Assembly: GCA_016844925.1 (NCBI GenBank)
Contig: JAERTI010000056.1
Coordinates: forward strand, 96,533-160,532
Reading direction: 5' to 3'
Length of the DNA stretch: 64,000 bases
DNA from: Candidatus Uhrbacteria bacterium
GTDB lineage: Bacteria; Patescibacteriota; Patescibacteriia; UBA9934; GWF2-40-263
The notes beneath the pieces are model-generated. The model was not told the DNA's origin, made no database searches, and saw nothing but the letters and a program-made list of their open reading frames with translations. This document shows positions 18,089 through 28,284 of this stretch, piece by piece. Both the position numbers and the translations under genes were made by a program. How positions within the stretch are numbered: the stretch's first letter is position 1; each line of letters begins with the position of its first letter.

Positions 18089-19542
18089 GAGACAAGCGAT
18101 TCAATCGCGTGATTCACACGCGTAAGTGATTCTTTCTTACCAAGCGCCCAGAGAAGTTCAAATGGACTTGGTGAACGTGGCTCTCCTGAGAGCGCTACTC
18201 GCAGTGGCCACAACACGTTGCCATTTTTCAAATCGTTATCTTCAATATACTTCTTTACCGCCCCTTCAATCAACTCCAGAGAGGTAAATACTTCCTCGTT
18301 CAGACCCTCAAGAACCCCCTGCACACCCTTAAGCTGCGCAATAGCATCCTCTTTATCTGCCTTTTTCCAAACAAGAATCTCCGCATCGTACGCTGGACTC
18401 TGTGTGTACATATCGAGTCGATCTGAAATCTCAGAGAGAACCGCGAGTCGATCTTTTTCAACCTGCACAATGCGCTTAAGAAGATCGCCTTCAATATCAG
18501 GTGCGAATTCCGCAATACGTTTGTTGAGCTCCTCCTCGTCCAGGCACTTGATGTACTGACCGTTCATCCAGTTGAGCTTTTCGACATCAAAAACGGCACC
18601 ACTCTTGTTTACACGACTGAGATCAAACGCTTCCTGAAGTTCTTGCATCGTGTAAATCTCGCGATCACCTGATGGATTGAATCCAAGAAGGGCAACGAAA
18701 TTCAAGAGTGCCTCAGGGAGATAACCTTTCTTTAGGAAGTCTTCAACAGCTACATCCCCTTGTCGCTTAGAGAGTTTTGACTTGTCTGGATTAAGGATCA
18801 GTGGCAGGTGCCCAAAGCTCGGCAATGGGAATCCAAGTTTTTGATACAAAAGAACATGCTTAGGCACAGATGATACCCACTCCTCACCACGGATAATATG
18901 CGTGACCCCCATAAGGTGATCATCAACAACAACCGCTAAGTGGTACGTTGGGAACCCATCCGTTTTCATGAGGACCTGATCATCAACCTCAGAGCCGTCG
19001 ATGGTTACCGCACCTCGAATCTCATCTGTGAACGTAATTGGACCCTCAGGCACCTTGAGACGGACAACGTGATCATCACCTGCATCAATGCGAGCTTGTT
19101 TCTCCTCGTCGTTGAGTGCGAGGCAGGCGCGGTCATACTTTGTTGGCAGTTTAGCCAGGCGCTGCTGATCGCGAAGCTGCGTCAGTCGTTCCTTTGTGCA
19201 GAAACAGTGGTACGCATCGCCTTGGTCGATGAGTTGCTGTGCATAGGTCTTGTACAGATCAAGTCGCTCCGACTGCACGTACGGCCCATGATCACCGATC
19301 TCGACAATCTTTCCGTCTACAAGCGTCGGACCCTCATCGTACGCGAGCCCCATGGCATCCATGGTCCGGATGAGTGACTCAACAGCACCTTCTACGTAGC
19401 GAGTTCGGTCTGTGTCCTCGACGCGTAAAATAAAACGTCCGCCATGACGTTTGGCGAAGAGATAGTTGTACAGCGCTGTACGCAGCGAGCCGATGTGAAG
19501 ATAGCCAGTTGGTGAAGGTGGGAATCGAGTAACAACATTCAT
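18085..19542 (-). CDS. gltX: glutamate--tRNA ligase
   Basis: Class I HIGH motif (PSPTGYLHIGSLRTALYNY) and KMSKS-like motif (KLSKRQG). Confidence 0.9.
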   Translation of the reverse strand: MNVVTRFPPSPTGYLHIGSLRTALYNYLFAKRHGGRFILRVEDTDRTRYVEGAVESLIRTMDAMGLAYDEGPTLVDGKIVEIGDHGPYVQSERLDLYKTYAQQLIDQGDAYHCFCTKERLTQLRDQQRLAKLPTKYDRACLALNDEEKQARIDAGDDHVVRLKVPEGPITFTDEIRGAVTIDGSEVDDQVLMKTDGFPTYHLAVVVDDHLMGVTHIIRGEEWVSSVPKHVLLYQKLGFPLPSFGHLPLILNPDKSKLSKRQGDVAVEDFLKKGYLPEALLNFVALLGFNPSGDREIYTMQELQEAFDLSRVNKSGAVFDVEKLNWMNGQYIKCLDEEELNKRIAEFAPDIEGDLLKRIVQVEKDRLAVLSEISDRLDMYTQSPAYDAEILVWKKADKEDAIAQLKGVQGVLEGLNEEVFTSLELIEGAVKKYIEDNDLKNGNVLWPLRVALSGEPRSPSPFELLWALGKKESLTRVNHAIESLVS

Positions 19543-20330
19543 ACGGTCCGAAATTGTCTATAAACTTCTTTAAACACGCGGCCAGTAGCCGCAATAATAG
19601 TTCCGCGCTTAAGTGTAATCCATGCGACGCTCAATGGAAAGACGACGGATGCACGAGCGATTCTTCGCCAACGAGATGGTTCGATAATGAGGCGCCATAC
19701 CCACTCAAGCCCCATTGATCTCAATCCCTGAGGGGCACGCTTCTTCTGTCCTGAAATCATGTCAAAAGACCCTCCCACACCGATCCACACACGAACATCA
19801 GGCAACACCTCTCGGGCCGTGGTCATAAAAGCCTCCTGCTTCCCCTGCCCTAGTCCAACAGCTACGGCATCAGGGTTTATCTGCCGCAGTGTTTCGATCA
19901 GCGTTCTAGAAATCCTGACCGTCTCCCCGTCAAACGATATCTGCCCTGGATCGAGACCTTCTGCACCTAGGACTTCTGCTGCTTGTTCTGCAGCACCCGG
20001 ATCACCTCCAAGGAGCAGTAATGTTTGTTCATTCTCACGACACAACCCGGCGATCTCTTGCACCAAATCAACGCCTGGAATTCTGTGCTGCAGTCGCTCT
20101 TCTGTCAGTGCTGCAACGGCATAGCGAATCGACACAGTATCAGCAACAGCAAGGTCTGCCCCATTTAAGTTTCGTCTTAGAACTTCATCTCGACGAGAAA
20201 GCACCAACATCTCCGCGTTTGGTGTGACGATAATCTTCCCTCTCGCATGCTCCAACCAATCTGAAATACGCGAGCGCACTTCGCCCAAAGAGAGATCGTC
20301 AATTCGTACGCCAAGGATGGTGTGTGACAT
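19539..20330 (-). CDS. WecB/TagA/CpsF-family glycosyltransferase
   Basis: 263 aa; family-typical motif GLEWVWRL and overall GT26 pattern. Confidence 0.7.
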   Translation of the reverse strand: MSHTILGVRIDDLSLGEVRSRISDWLEHARGKIIVTPNAEMLVLSRRDEVLRRNLNGADLAVADTVSIRYAVAALTEERLQHRIPGVDLVQEIAGLCRENEQTLLLLGGDPGAAEQAAEVLGAEGLDPGQISFDGETVRISRTLIETLRQINPDAVAVGLGQGKQEAFMTTAREVLPDVRVWIGVGGSFDMISGQKKRAPQGLRSMGLEWVWRLIIEPSRWRRIARASVVFPLSVAWITLKRGTIIAATGRVFKEVYRQFRTV

Positions 20331-20345
20331 GTTGACTCGTTAGAA

Positions 20346-20372
20346 TTAGCACTCTATACTAGAGAGTGCTAA
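20346..20372 (+). promoter_or_regulatory. CIRCE element (HrcA operator) upstream of clpB
   Basis: TTAGCACTC-tatactaga-GAGTGCTAA exactly matches the CIRCE consensus TTAGCACTC-N9-GAGTGCTAA, 18 nt before the clpB ATG. Confidence 0.8.
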
Positions 20373-20389
20373 ACGCCAAAAACGTTATT

Positions 20390-23053
20390 ATGATGCCGAA
20401 CAATTTTACGCATAAATCGCAGGAAGCGCTACAGACAGCGCATACAATCGCTGTAGAACATGGACAACAGGCTCTTGAGCCTATCCATCTTCTCGCCGCC
20501 TTGATTGGACAAGACGATGGTGTCGTCGCTGCTGTTGTGGATAAGATCACCCCTCGACGAGCCGAGCTTCGTGGTGAGGTCGATAAGATCCTTGAATCTC
20601 TACCGGCCTCTGGATCCCCTGCCCCATCAGGTGGCGGACTCTCACAGATCTACATGAGCCAGCAAATGGCAAATGTACTTTCTCAAGCCCATAAGAAAAC
20701 CAAAGCGTTCAAGGATGAATTTATTTCCACAGAACACCTCCTCTTAGGTCTTCTCACAAACAAAGCCATCGCTCGGCTTCTCCAAGGATACGATCTAAAG
20801 GAAGAGGCTGTCATGACGGCCTTGAAAGATATTCGTGGCAACCAACGTGTCGACTCTCCAGAACCGGAGGGACGTTATCAGGCGCTAGAAAAATACGGCC
20901 AGGATCTCACAGAGTTTGCACGCCAAGGAAAGCTCGATCCAATCATTGGTCGAGATAGCGAGATTCGACGTGTCATGCAGGTCCTTTCACGTCGCACCAA
21001 GAACAACCCGGTTCTCATCGGTGAGGCAGGTGTAGGTAAGACCGCCATCATCGAGGGTCTGGCTCAACGCATCGCCGCCGGTGATGTACCTGAGTCACTC
21101 AAGGATAAGGTCGTCGTTGGCCTCGATCTCGGGTCCATGGTGGCTGGCACAAAGTACCGTGGAGAGTTTGAAGACCGCCTGAAAGCTGTTGTGAAGGAAA
21201 TCGAAAGTTCAAACGGTCAGATTATTCTGTTTATCGACGAGCTTCATACGCTCGTCGGAACCGGTACGACCGAGGGTGGCTCCCTTGATGCCAGCAACAT
21301 GCTGAAGCCTGCGCTCGCCCGAGGGAACCTTCGTGCCATCGGTGCAACAACGCTCAAGGAGTACCAGAAGCATATTGAAAAGGACTCCGCGCTCGAGCGT
21401 CGATTCCAGCCCGTAGTCGTCGAGGAGCCTTCTGTTGATGACACCATCGCGATTCTGCGTGGGATCAAAGAAAAATATGAAGTGCATCACGGCATCCGTA
21501 TTTCTGATCCATCGATCGTTGCGGCAGCTCAGCTTTCTCACCGCTACATCACCGACCGCAACCTACCAGACAAGGCTGTCGATCTCATGGACGAAGCTGG
21601 CTCTGCCCTTCGCATGCAAATTGATTCGATGCCCGAGGAGCTCGACGTGCTTAAACGTGACTTAATGCGCCTGGAGATTGAACAGACAGCACTCTCTAAA
21701 GAAGAAGATAAGGCGTCCAAGGCCCGCTTAAAAGAAATTGAAGAGCAAGTTGCCAACCTGCGAGAGCAAACATCGGCTCTTGAGGGTCGTTGGAAGAATG
21801 AAAAAGACAAGATCACCGAGATTCGAGAAATCGCCTCCTCCGTCGAGAAGTACCGCGCTGAGGCAGAGCTCGAGGAGCGCCGTGGTGATTTAGAGAAAGT
21901 AGCGGCTATTCGCTATGGGCAGATCCCTAAGGCACAGCGCAAACTTGCCGCAACGCAAAAAGAGCTCGTTGATCTGCAAAAAGAACGTGGTCTGCTCAAG
22001 GAGGTTATTGAGGAAGAAGATATCGCCACTGTAGTCTCACGCTGGACGAACATTCCTGTAAGCAAAATGCTTGAGTCTGAGATGGAGAAATTGGCCCGTA
22101 TGGAAGACGAGCTCTCAAAGCGCGTTGTGGGCCAAGAAGAAGCGATTACAGCCGTCTCAAACGCTCTCAGACGCTCTCGAGCGGGTATCGGTGAAGAGAA
22201 GCGACCGATTGGCTCGTTTATCTTCCTTGGACCTACCGGTGTAGGTAAAACTGAGCTCGCGCGTGCCCTGGCAGAATTCATGTTTAATGATGAGCAGGCG
22301 CTCATTCGTCTGGACATGTCTGAGTTCATGGAAAAGCACTCCACGTCAAAGATCATCGGTTCCCCTCCTGGATATGTTGGCTACGATGAAGGTGGTCAAC
22401 TTACAGAGATTGTTCGCCGCAAGCCCTACAGCGTACTTCTGCTCGACGAGATTGAGAAAGCCCACCCAGACACGTTCAACCTTCTCCTACAGATTTTGGA
22501 CGACGGTCACCTGACAGATGCTAAGGGGCGCAAGGTGAACTTTAAGAACACCGTCATCGTCATGACAAGCAATATCGGATCAGATCTAATACTCAGTACC
22601 GGCAACGGATTAGCTGAGATGGGATTTGAAGATGAGGAAAGCGCGAAGACGGAAGATGAACAGACGCGTGAACGAATCCTTGGTCGGCTCAAAGATCACT
22701 TCCGACCAGAGTTCCTCAACCGCATCGATGACACGATTGTGTTCCACGCCCTGGCCGAAAGACACATCGAAAGGATTGTTGAGCTTCAGCTCGAGATTGT
22801 TGAAGAACGTCTTAAAGCGCAGCGTGGCATCACTCTCAAGATTTCTGGTGCCGCCAAAAAGTTGCTCGCAGAGAAGGGCTATGACCCCGTCTACGGAGCA
22901 CGCCCGCTTAAGCGTGTTATTCAAAACGAGCTTCTTGATCCGCTTGCCATGAAAATCATCACGGGTGAAATCAAAGAAGAGCAAAAGGTATCGATTGGTG
23001 CTAAGGGGGGTGTGATTACACTCAGTACACGTAAGAGGGCACTGACAAAATAG
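20390..23053 (+). CDS. clpB: ATP-dependent chaperone ClpB
   Basis: Two AAA+ modules ([20 protein letters not shown]), coiled-coil middle domain, N-terminal Clp_N domain; ORF opens at 20366 but the likely start is MMPNNF at 20390. Confidence 0.9.
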   Translation: MMPNNFTHKSQEALQTAHTIAVEHGQQALEPIHLLAALIGQDDGVVAAVVDKITPRRAELRGEVDKILESLPASGSPAPSGGGLSQIYMSQQMANVLSQAHKKTKAFKDEFISTEHLLLGLLTNKAIARLLQGYDLKEEAVMTALKDIRGNQRVDSPEPEGRYQALEKYGQDLTEFARQGKLDPIIGRDSEIRRVMQVLSRRTKNNPVLIGEAGVGKTAIIEGLAQRIAAGDVPESLKDKVVVGLDLGSMVAGTKYRGEFEDRLKAVVKEIESSNGQIILFIDELHTLVGTGTTEGGSLDASNMLKPALARGNLRAIGATTLKEYQKHIEKDSALERRFQPVVVEEPSVDDTIAILRGIKEKYEVHHGIRISDPSIVAAAQLSHRYITDRNLPDKAVDLMDEAGSALRMQIDSMPEELDVLKRDLMRLEIEQTALSKEEDKASKARLKEIEEQVANLREQTSALEGRWKNEKDKITEIREIASSVEKYRAEAELEERRGDLEKVAAIRYGQIPKAQRKLAATQKELVDLQKERGLLKEVIEEEDIATVVSRWTNIPVSKMLESEMEKLARMEDELSKRVVGQEEAITAVSNALRRSRAGIGEEKRPIGSFIFLGPTGVGKTELARALAEFMFNDEQALIRLDMSEFMEKHSTSKIIGSPPGYVGYDEGGQLTEIVRRKPYSVLLLDEIEKAHPDTFNLLLQILDDGHLTDAKGRKVNFKNTVIVMTSNIGSDLILSTGNGLAEMGFEDEESAKTEDEQTRERILGRLKDHFRPEFLNRIDDTIVFHALAERHIERIVELQLEIVEERLKAQRGITLKISGAAKKLLAEKGYDPVYGARPLKRVIQNELLDPLAMKIITGEIKEEQKVSIGAKGGVITLSTRKRALTK

Positions 23054-23064
23054 TTGCTTGAAAA

Positions 23065-23099
23065 AAGAACAGGCCTAGTCCTGTTCTTTTTATTTTTTT
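23065..23099 (+). terminator. rho-independent terminator after clpB
   Basis: aagaacagg-cctagt-cctgttctt hairpin followed by TTTATTTTTTTG. Confidence 0.65.
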
Positions 23100-23170
23100 G
23101 AAAAACAAGAGCGCATCCGAGGACAGGTCGCCAGATGGCTCTTGCTGTCCGCGAATGCGCGGCGTCGGTG

Positions 23171-23755
23171 CTACTCGGTCGTTTCCGAGGGCATGATGTA
23201 GGTGCGCTGCTCGACAACCTTCCAGGTCATCGTCTCGATGTCGCAATCGTAGGTAACCATGGGCATCGGCTCGCCATCCTTCCCACTGACAACCCACCCA
23301 CTGTCGGTCCGCTGAGTGCAGTGGTTGGACTTTGGGGCGCTGAAGGGCTGGATGAATTCGATGCGGACGTCATCACCCGGGACAAGTCCGTGGACCTGAA
23401 AGTCGCTGACATCCATGTTCAATGACCAGTAGAACACCTTTCCCCTGACCCTGACAATAATGCCCGTTGGCCCCATCACTGTCTCGAACAATCGCAGCGA
23501 GTCGAAGTCGAAGCAGTGAAGACCACCGTGTACATTCACCCAGACAGGCGCACTGTCACGAGTGACGAAGCGATGCTCTTTGGCACGCTGCGCGACATCG
23601 TGGGCGTGAGTCTTGTAGTCCGTGTGGTCCGTGTCGGCCTCCAGCGAGATCTTGACCGTGTACTGACACTCCTGCGCGAACGCAGGGGTCGTGACGCTGG
23701 CCAGTCCAAGTAGAAGGACGAGAAGAACGTTGAAAGATCGCATGTATCTCCTCAA
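23171..23755 (-). CDS. hypothetical secreted protein (GC-rich island)
   Basis: N-terminal signal peptide (LLVLLLGLASVTTPAFAQE); GC about 60%; no recognisable family. Confidence 0.4.
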   Translation of the reverse strand: MRRYMRSFNVLLVLLLGLASVTTPAFAQECQYTVKISLEADTDHTDYKTHAHDVAQRAKEHRFVTRDSAPVWVNVHGGLHCFDFDSLRLFETVMGPTGIIVRVRGKVFYWSLNMDVSDFQVHGLVPGDDVRIEFIQPFSAPKSNHCTQRTDSGWVVSGKDGEPMPMVTYDCDIETMTWKVVEQRTYIMPSETTE

Positions 23756-23800
23756 AACGTTTTGTGTAGAAGTGGATTCGATAGTAGTCCTGTTGTGACT

Positions 23801-24142
23801 CTACAGGACCCCGCGAATCGGGACCCAGTAGCGAGTCGGGATGTTCGTCATCTGACTCCTGATACGAATCTTGTTGTAGATCACTTCCGTCAGCGGAACG
23901 AGACACTGGATGAGGGCATCCGCCTGGCCCATCACGAATCCGAGCATCTCGCGGGTACGCTCCCCCGTCTGCACGGACTGGATTGGCTGCTTCTGAAGTT
24001 CGATCACGATCCCCTGCTGTCGGGGGTCGATGGTCGGGTCGATCTGTCGTACATCTTCGATCAACAGGACCCTGGTTCCAGCAACGAGATCGTTGCGGCG
24101 CACGGGTCGGAGGCCGAAGTTGGTTTCGGTAGCAGTGTGCAT
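23801..24142 (-). CDS. hypothetical small protein (GC-rich island)
   Basis: 113 aa, co-oriented with and upstream of the secreted protein; no recognisable motif. Confidence 0.3.
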   Translation of the reverse strand: MHTATETNFGLRPVRRNDLVAGTRVLLIEDVRQIDPTIDPRQQGIVIELQKQPIQSVQTGERTREMLGFVMGQADALIQCLVPLTEVIYNKIRIRSQMTNIPTRYWVPIRGVL

Positions 24143-24246
24143 ACCGTCTCCTTGTCATGAGGTGACCACAGTTTATACCCGAAAATAGGCGATTTGTCAA
24201 CCGACCGATCCACGAATTGCCTTGTTTCCGGTATAATGTCGGCACT

Positions 24247-25656
24247 ATGAGAGCCATTTCATTGACCCTCCTACTAGGCATCATCCTCACCAGCTTTCCC
24301 CTTTCCACTGGGGCCGAGGATGATTTTCTTTTTAACCCCCACTACCTCGTTTCTGACGCGGAGATGACCGATGTGTTCTCCATGACAGTTGACGATGTAC
24401 AGCGCTTTCTCACACGTGGAGGTCTGGGAGACCTTGTGACCGAGAACGTCGACGGCATTGAGATGACAGCCGCAGAAATCATCTACAACGCTGCCATCGA
24501 ATTCGAGCTCAGCCCGAAATTTCTTCTCGTCCTTCTTCAACGCGAACAATCTCTTGTGGAAGACGACTTCCCCTCCCAAGATCAACTCGACTGGGCCATG
24601 GGGTATGCGGTCTGTGACGACTGCTCCAAGTCAGATCCACGCATTCAAAAGTTCAAAGGCTTTGGGAACCAGGTCTACTGGGCAGCAGAGCGCATCCGCA
24701 CAAGCTATCTAGAGGATCTTCGTTCACGCGGCTACACTCAGACGGGCATGGGTCCTGGTATCGAGGCAACGATTGATGGAACACTTGTCACACCGGTGAA
24801 CTACGCTACCGCATCTCTCTACACCTACACCCCTCACTTACACGGAAACGAAAACTTCGCACGCATCTGGGAAAAATGGTTCGTGCACGAATATCTAAGC
24901 GGCACTCTGCTACAAGACGTAAGCAATGGGGGTATTTGGTTGATCCAACACGGCGTACGTCGACCAATCACATCCAGGACGGCATTCTACTCACGATTTA
25001 ACCCTGACGCCGTCATTCAAGTTTCCTCCTCAGAGCTCGATCGTTACCCTCAGGGGACCTCTATCAGCTTTCCAAACTATTCTCTCCTCCGCGCGCCGAC
25101 TGGAACTGTCTTCCTTATCGTGGATGATGAACGTCGTGGATTCGCCTCTCAAGACGCCTTCCGCCAAATCGGCTTCTCTCCAGATGAAATCGTCGACGTG
25201 ACCTGGGAGGACCTCGAGGCCTACACAGACGGAACACCGATCACCATCGAATCCGTCTACCCTCAAGGCACTCTCCTTCAAGATAGAAGCAATGGAGGTA
25301 TCGTCTACGTTGAAGAAGGTATTCGACACCCAATCATGTCGCGAGAAATTCTCCAGAACCGCTACGCGTCTCTGCCGGTCATTCCCGTTGACCCAGAAAC
25401 ACTTGAGGATTACGAGATTGGAGACTACGCTCTCTTCCACGACGGAACACTCGTTGCCGCAGAAGGCTCACCTGACGTCTTCGTGATCGCAGACGGGCAG
25501 CGTCGTCACATCGCCGATGAGATTACCTTCCGTGAGTACGGCTGGAGTTTTGACCAAGTCGTGTGGACCAATGAGCGCTCCGTTCTCCTACACCCTCTTG
25601 GGGACCCACTTTCCACGGAGCTTGTTGAAGATATTATTGAAGTCGCTTCAAACTAA
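24247..25656 (+). CDS. secreted repeat-containing protein of unknown function
   Basis: Signal peptide MRAISLTLLLGIILTSFPLSTGA; three tandem repeats of about 100 aa (GTLLQDxSNGGI...G(V/I)R(R/H)PI(T/M)SR...); ORF opens at 24217; TATAAT at 24232-24237. Confidence 0.5.
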   Translation: MRAISLTLLLGIILTSFPLSTGAEDDFLFNPHYLVSDAEMTDVFSMTVDDVQRFLTRGGLGDLVTENVDGIEMTAAEIIYNAAIEFELSPKFLLVLLQREQSLVEDDFPSQDQLDWAMGYAVCDDCSKSDPRIQKFKGFGNQVYWAAERIRTSYLEDLRSRGYTQTGMGPGIEATIDGTLVTPVNYATASLYTYTPHLHGNENFARIWEKWFVHEYLSGTLLQDVSNGGIWLIQHGVRRPITSRTAFYSRFNPDAVIQVSSSELDRYPQGTSISFPNYSLLRAPTGTVFLIVDDERRGFASQDAFRQIGFSPDEIVDVTWEDLEAYTDGTPITIESVYPQGTLLQDRSNGGIVYVEEGIRHPIMSREILQNRYASLPVIPVDPETLEDYEIGDYALFHDGTLVAAEGSPDVFVIADGQRRHIADEITFREYGWSFDQVVWTNERSVLLHPLGDPLSTELVEDIIEVASN

Positions 25657-25657
25657 T

Positions 25658-26446
25658 ATGCTGACATTTGCGGCTATCACCCCCCATACCCCCCTACTGA
25701 TTCCAACGATTGGTAAGGACAACCTCAAAAAACTCGATGCAACAGCAAAGGGACTTCAAACACTTACTCAGTCGTTTGTCGAAGCCTCTTGTGACACCGT
25801 GATCATCATCTCATCACACGCCTCACAACACGCTGATGCGTTCTCAATCAACCTGCACGACGAGTACCGAACAGACTTCAAAGACTTTGGCGACATGGGT
25901 ACGACGAAGGAGTTCAAACCGGACCTGGACCTTATTACAAAGATTCAGCGTACCTCTCGCGACCAGCGCGTGCCGTTCACACTAAATTCAATAGCGTCAC
26001 TTGATCACGGCATCGGTGTTCCACTCCACTATCTGACAGAGAACGGGCCCTCACCGAAGATCGTTCCCCTCTCCTACAGCGGCCTCTCATCAAAAGACCA
26101 CCTGAAGTTTGGGAACTTGTTGAAAGACCTTATTGACCAATCACACAGCCGCATCGGCGTGATTGCATCCGGGGACCTTTCTCACTGCCTGACGAGCGAT
26201 GCACCTCTCGGTTTTCGAAAGGAAGGTGAGCTCTTCGATGAAACCATCCGCCAAGCGGTTGCAGGAAGTTCTACCTCGACACTGTTAGCCATGGACGACG
26301 AACTCCCAAAGCAAGCTGGCTCCTGTTTGTACCAACAACTCCTCGTGCTGTTTGGCATTCTCGAACGTAAGAAAACGCGGCCTGAGATCCTCTCGTACGA
26401 GGCCCCCTTTGGTGTTGGCTATCTTGTTGCTGAGTTCCACGTATGA
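25658..26446 (+). CDS. class III extradiol dioxygenase (LigB)/Memo-like family protein
   Basis: 263 aa; the N-terminus AAITPHTPLLIP and conserved His residues resemble the LigB/Memo fold (weak); the 25517 ORF is an overlapping 5' extension. Confidence 0.35.
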   Translation: MLTFAAITPHTPLLIPTIGKDNLKKLDATAKGLQTLTQSFVEASCDTVIIISSHASQHADAFSINLHDEYRTDFKDFGDMGTTKEFKPDLDLITKIQRTSRDQRVPFTLNSIASLDHGIGVPLHYLTENGPSPKIVPLSYSGLSSKDHLKFGNLLKDLIDQSHSRIGVIASGDLSHCLTSDAPLGFRKEGELFDETIRQAVAGSSTSTLLAMDDELPKQAGSCLYQQLLVLFGILERKKTRPEILSYEAPFGVGYLVAEFHV

Positions 26447-28272
26447 TCGCAGAGGTCTATCCACTCAAGCGACTGCCGCGAAAAATGTCACATTTTGACT
26501 ACACGGCTCCAGAAGACCTCACGCTCACACGCGGGAACCTTGTTGAAATTCCGTATCGCAACAAGATCATCTGGGGTGTCGTGAAGCGTGTAAAAGACAA
26601 GCCTCCACGAGGGATCGAACTCAAAACGATTCAGGGGGTGTATGACGGATTTACCCTAAGGGAGGCTGAACTCTCTTTTTTTGAATGGCTCGCTCAGGAT
26701 CTCGCCCAGTCCCCCGCCTCGGTACTGTATGCGGCTGTGCCGCGCCCACCCAAGCGCCCGAGAAAAACAACGGAGCCGCTCTCTTGGCTACCACTGACAC
26801 TCCCGTCGTCCGAGACGGATCACGTCCTTCGACTTGTAAGCCAGCTCGGTGATCGGGCTAAGGCCTTTGTGCAGGCTCCAGACCTCCGGCGTGCAACAGC
26901 GGTGATCGTTGGCTACCTGAACAAACACCCCGATCAAAAGACACTCATCCTCGCTCCGACAAAGCGAGATGTGGAGCTCGTGCGCTCAAGGCTTACGGGG
27001 ATGCAACCCATCGTTCTTACGGGTGATGAGACAAACAACGAACGCTTTGTTCGATGGAAACAATTCCGCTCACAACAACACGGCGTTCTCCTTGGTACAC
27101 GTACCGCAGCCTTATGTGTTGACCAAGATGTCACGTCCATCTTTGTTCTTCGGGCCAGTGACTGGAATTTCAAATCAACGGAGCGCAACCCACGCTTTGA
27201 CGCCCGCCAGGTTGTCTGGGATCAGCATGAACGTTTTTCTGCGAACCTATTTCTCTTAGACGTCGCTCCAACACCGAACATCGTTCACCGCTTTCCAGAA
27301 ACAGAGCTGCTCTCATGGGGGTCCTCCGCTGCTGTGCAAGTCATCGATACCCATAAAGAACGACCAGGGAAACCCACTAGTTCTCTTACACATTCATCTG
27401 TTCAGGCCATGGCAGAAGTTCTCACACAAGGAGGTCGAGTGCTGTGTGTACACAATCGCAAGGGCGTAGCGCGTTCTCTACGCTGCTTGGATTGCGCCAT
27501 GACCCCAACGTGCCAAACATGCTCGACGGTACTCGTGGCTCATACACACACCATGGAGTGTCCGCGTTGCCGAACCAGGGCGCCCATCCCCTTGCGCTGC
27601 TCTGCATGCAACGGATCACGACTTAAACCGTTTGGGTTGGGAAACCAGGAGGTCGCGCGCGAACTACAAGCGCTCTTCCCTGGAGTCAACGTAAGTGTCA
27701 TTGATAAAGAGCATGAGGGGGACCTGAACGCACAGATTCTTGTCGTCACCTCCTTTTGGTACGAGGCGCACTTCCACCCATTCAAAAAACTCAACCTCGG
27801 ACTCGTGGTGCATATCGACGCTGACACCCCGCTCTACAGCACGTCCCCCACGGCTGTGCAGGATCTCATGATCTCGGTTTGGACCTGGCGCTCAGTTGCC
27901 TATGCCTGCAGGGTCTCGTATCTCGTACAGACAGCCAGTAGCCAGCTCGTGCAGCGCATTCTTGACCGAGCATTCCCTGCCGCCCTCGACGAACTCAAGG
28001 CCAGAGAGGATTATCAACTCCCACCGATCTACCGATGGAGCCGAGTGAGTTATCGAGACGATGAACCACGCAAGGCCCGAATCGCCATTGAGCAACTCGT
28101 AGATACCGCGAAGCAAATCGATGGAGCACAAAGCAGTAGCATTACAGAAGTTCACGGTCGCGGCTTGAGCGTAGATTTGGGCGTTCCTAGTGAAAAACTG
28201 TCCGATTTGCTTGCGATCTTCACAGCGCTTCCGGACCGATATATCATTGACACAAGCATCTTTAACGGGTAG
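26443..28272 (+). CDS. priA: primosomal protein N' (PriA)-like protein lacking the Walker A/B helicase motifs
   Basis: PriA N-terminal 3'-DNA-binding domain (FDYTAP...VEIPYRNKIIWGVV), a PriA Cys-rich zinc region (CLDCAMTPTCQTCS...CPRC...CSAC), and IFVLRASDWNFKS..PRFDARQV aligning to PriA VIDEEHDSSYKQ..PRYHARDV; no GxGK(T/S) anywhere. Confidence 0.5.
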   Translation: MIAEVYPLKRLPRKMSHFDYTAPEDLTLTRGNLVEIPYRNKIIWGVVKRVKDKPPRGIELKTIQGVYDGFTLREAELSFFEWLAQDLAQSPASVLYAAVPRPPKRPRKTTEPLSWLPLTLPSSETDHVLRLVSQLGDRAKAFVQAPDLRRATAVIVGYLNKHPDQKTLILAPTKRDVELVRSRLTGMQPIVLTGDETNNERFVRWKQFRSQQHGVLLGTRTAALCVDQDVTSIFVLRASDWNFKSTERNPRFDARQVVWDQHERFSANLFLLDVAPTPNIVHRFPETELLSWGSSAAVQVIDTHKERPGKPTSSLTHSSVQAMAEVLTQGGRVLCVHNRKGVARSLRCLDCAMTPTCQTCSTVLVAHTHTMECPRCRTRAPIPLRCSACNGSRLKPFGLGNQEVARELQALFPGVNVSVIDKEHEGDLNAQILVVTSFWYEAHFHPFKKLNLGLVVHIDADTPLYSTSPTAVQDLMISVWTWRSVAYACRVSYLVQTASSQLVQRILDRAFPAALDELKAREDYQLPPIYRWSRVSYRDDEPRKARIAIEQLVDTAKQIDGAQSSSITEVHGRGLSVDLGVPSEKLSDLLAIFTALPDRYIIDTSIFNG

Positions 28273-28284
28273 TATCATCCAGCT

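Noticed and set aside
23556-24308. 250-aa minus-strand ORF across the GC-rich island B
   Set aside because: Arg/Pro-rich low-complexity shadow frame overlapping two better-supported ORFs and the start of the next plus-strand gene.
25517-25657. 5' extension of the LigB/Memo-like ORF overlapping the preceding gene
   Set aside because: The extension overlaps 140 nt of the upstream secreted-protein gene. A clean ATG at 25658 lies 1 nt after that gene's stop.
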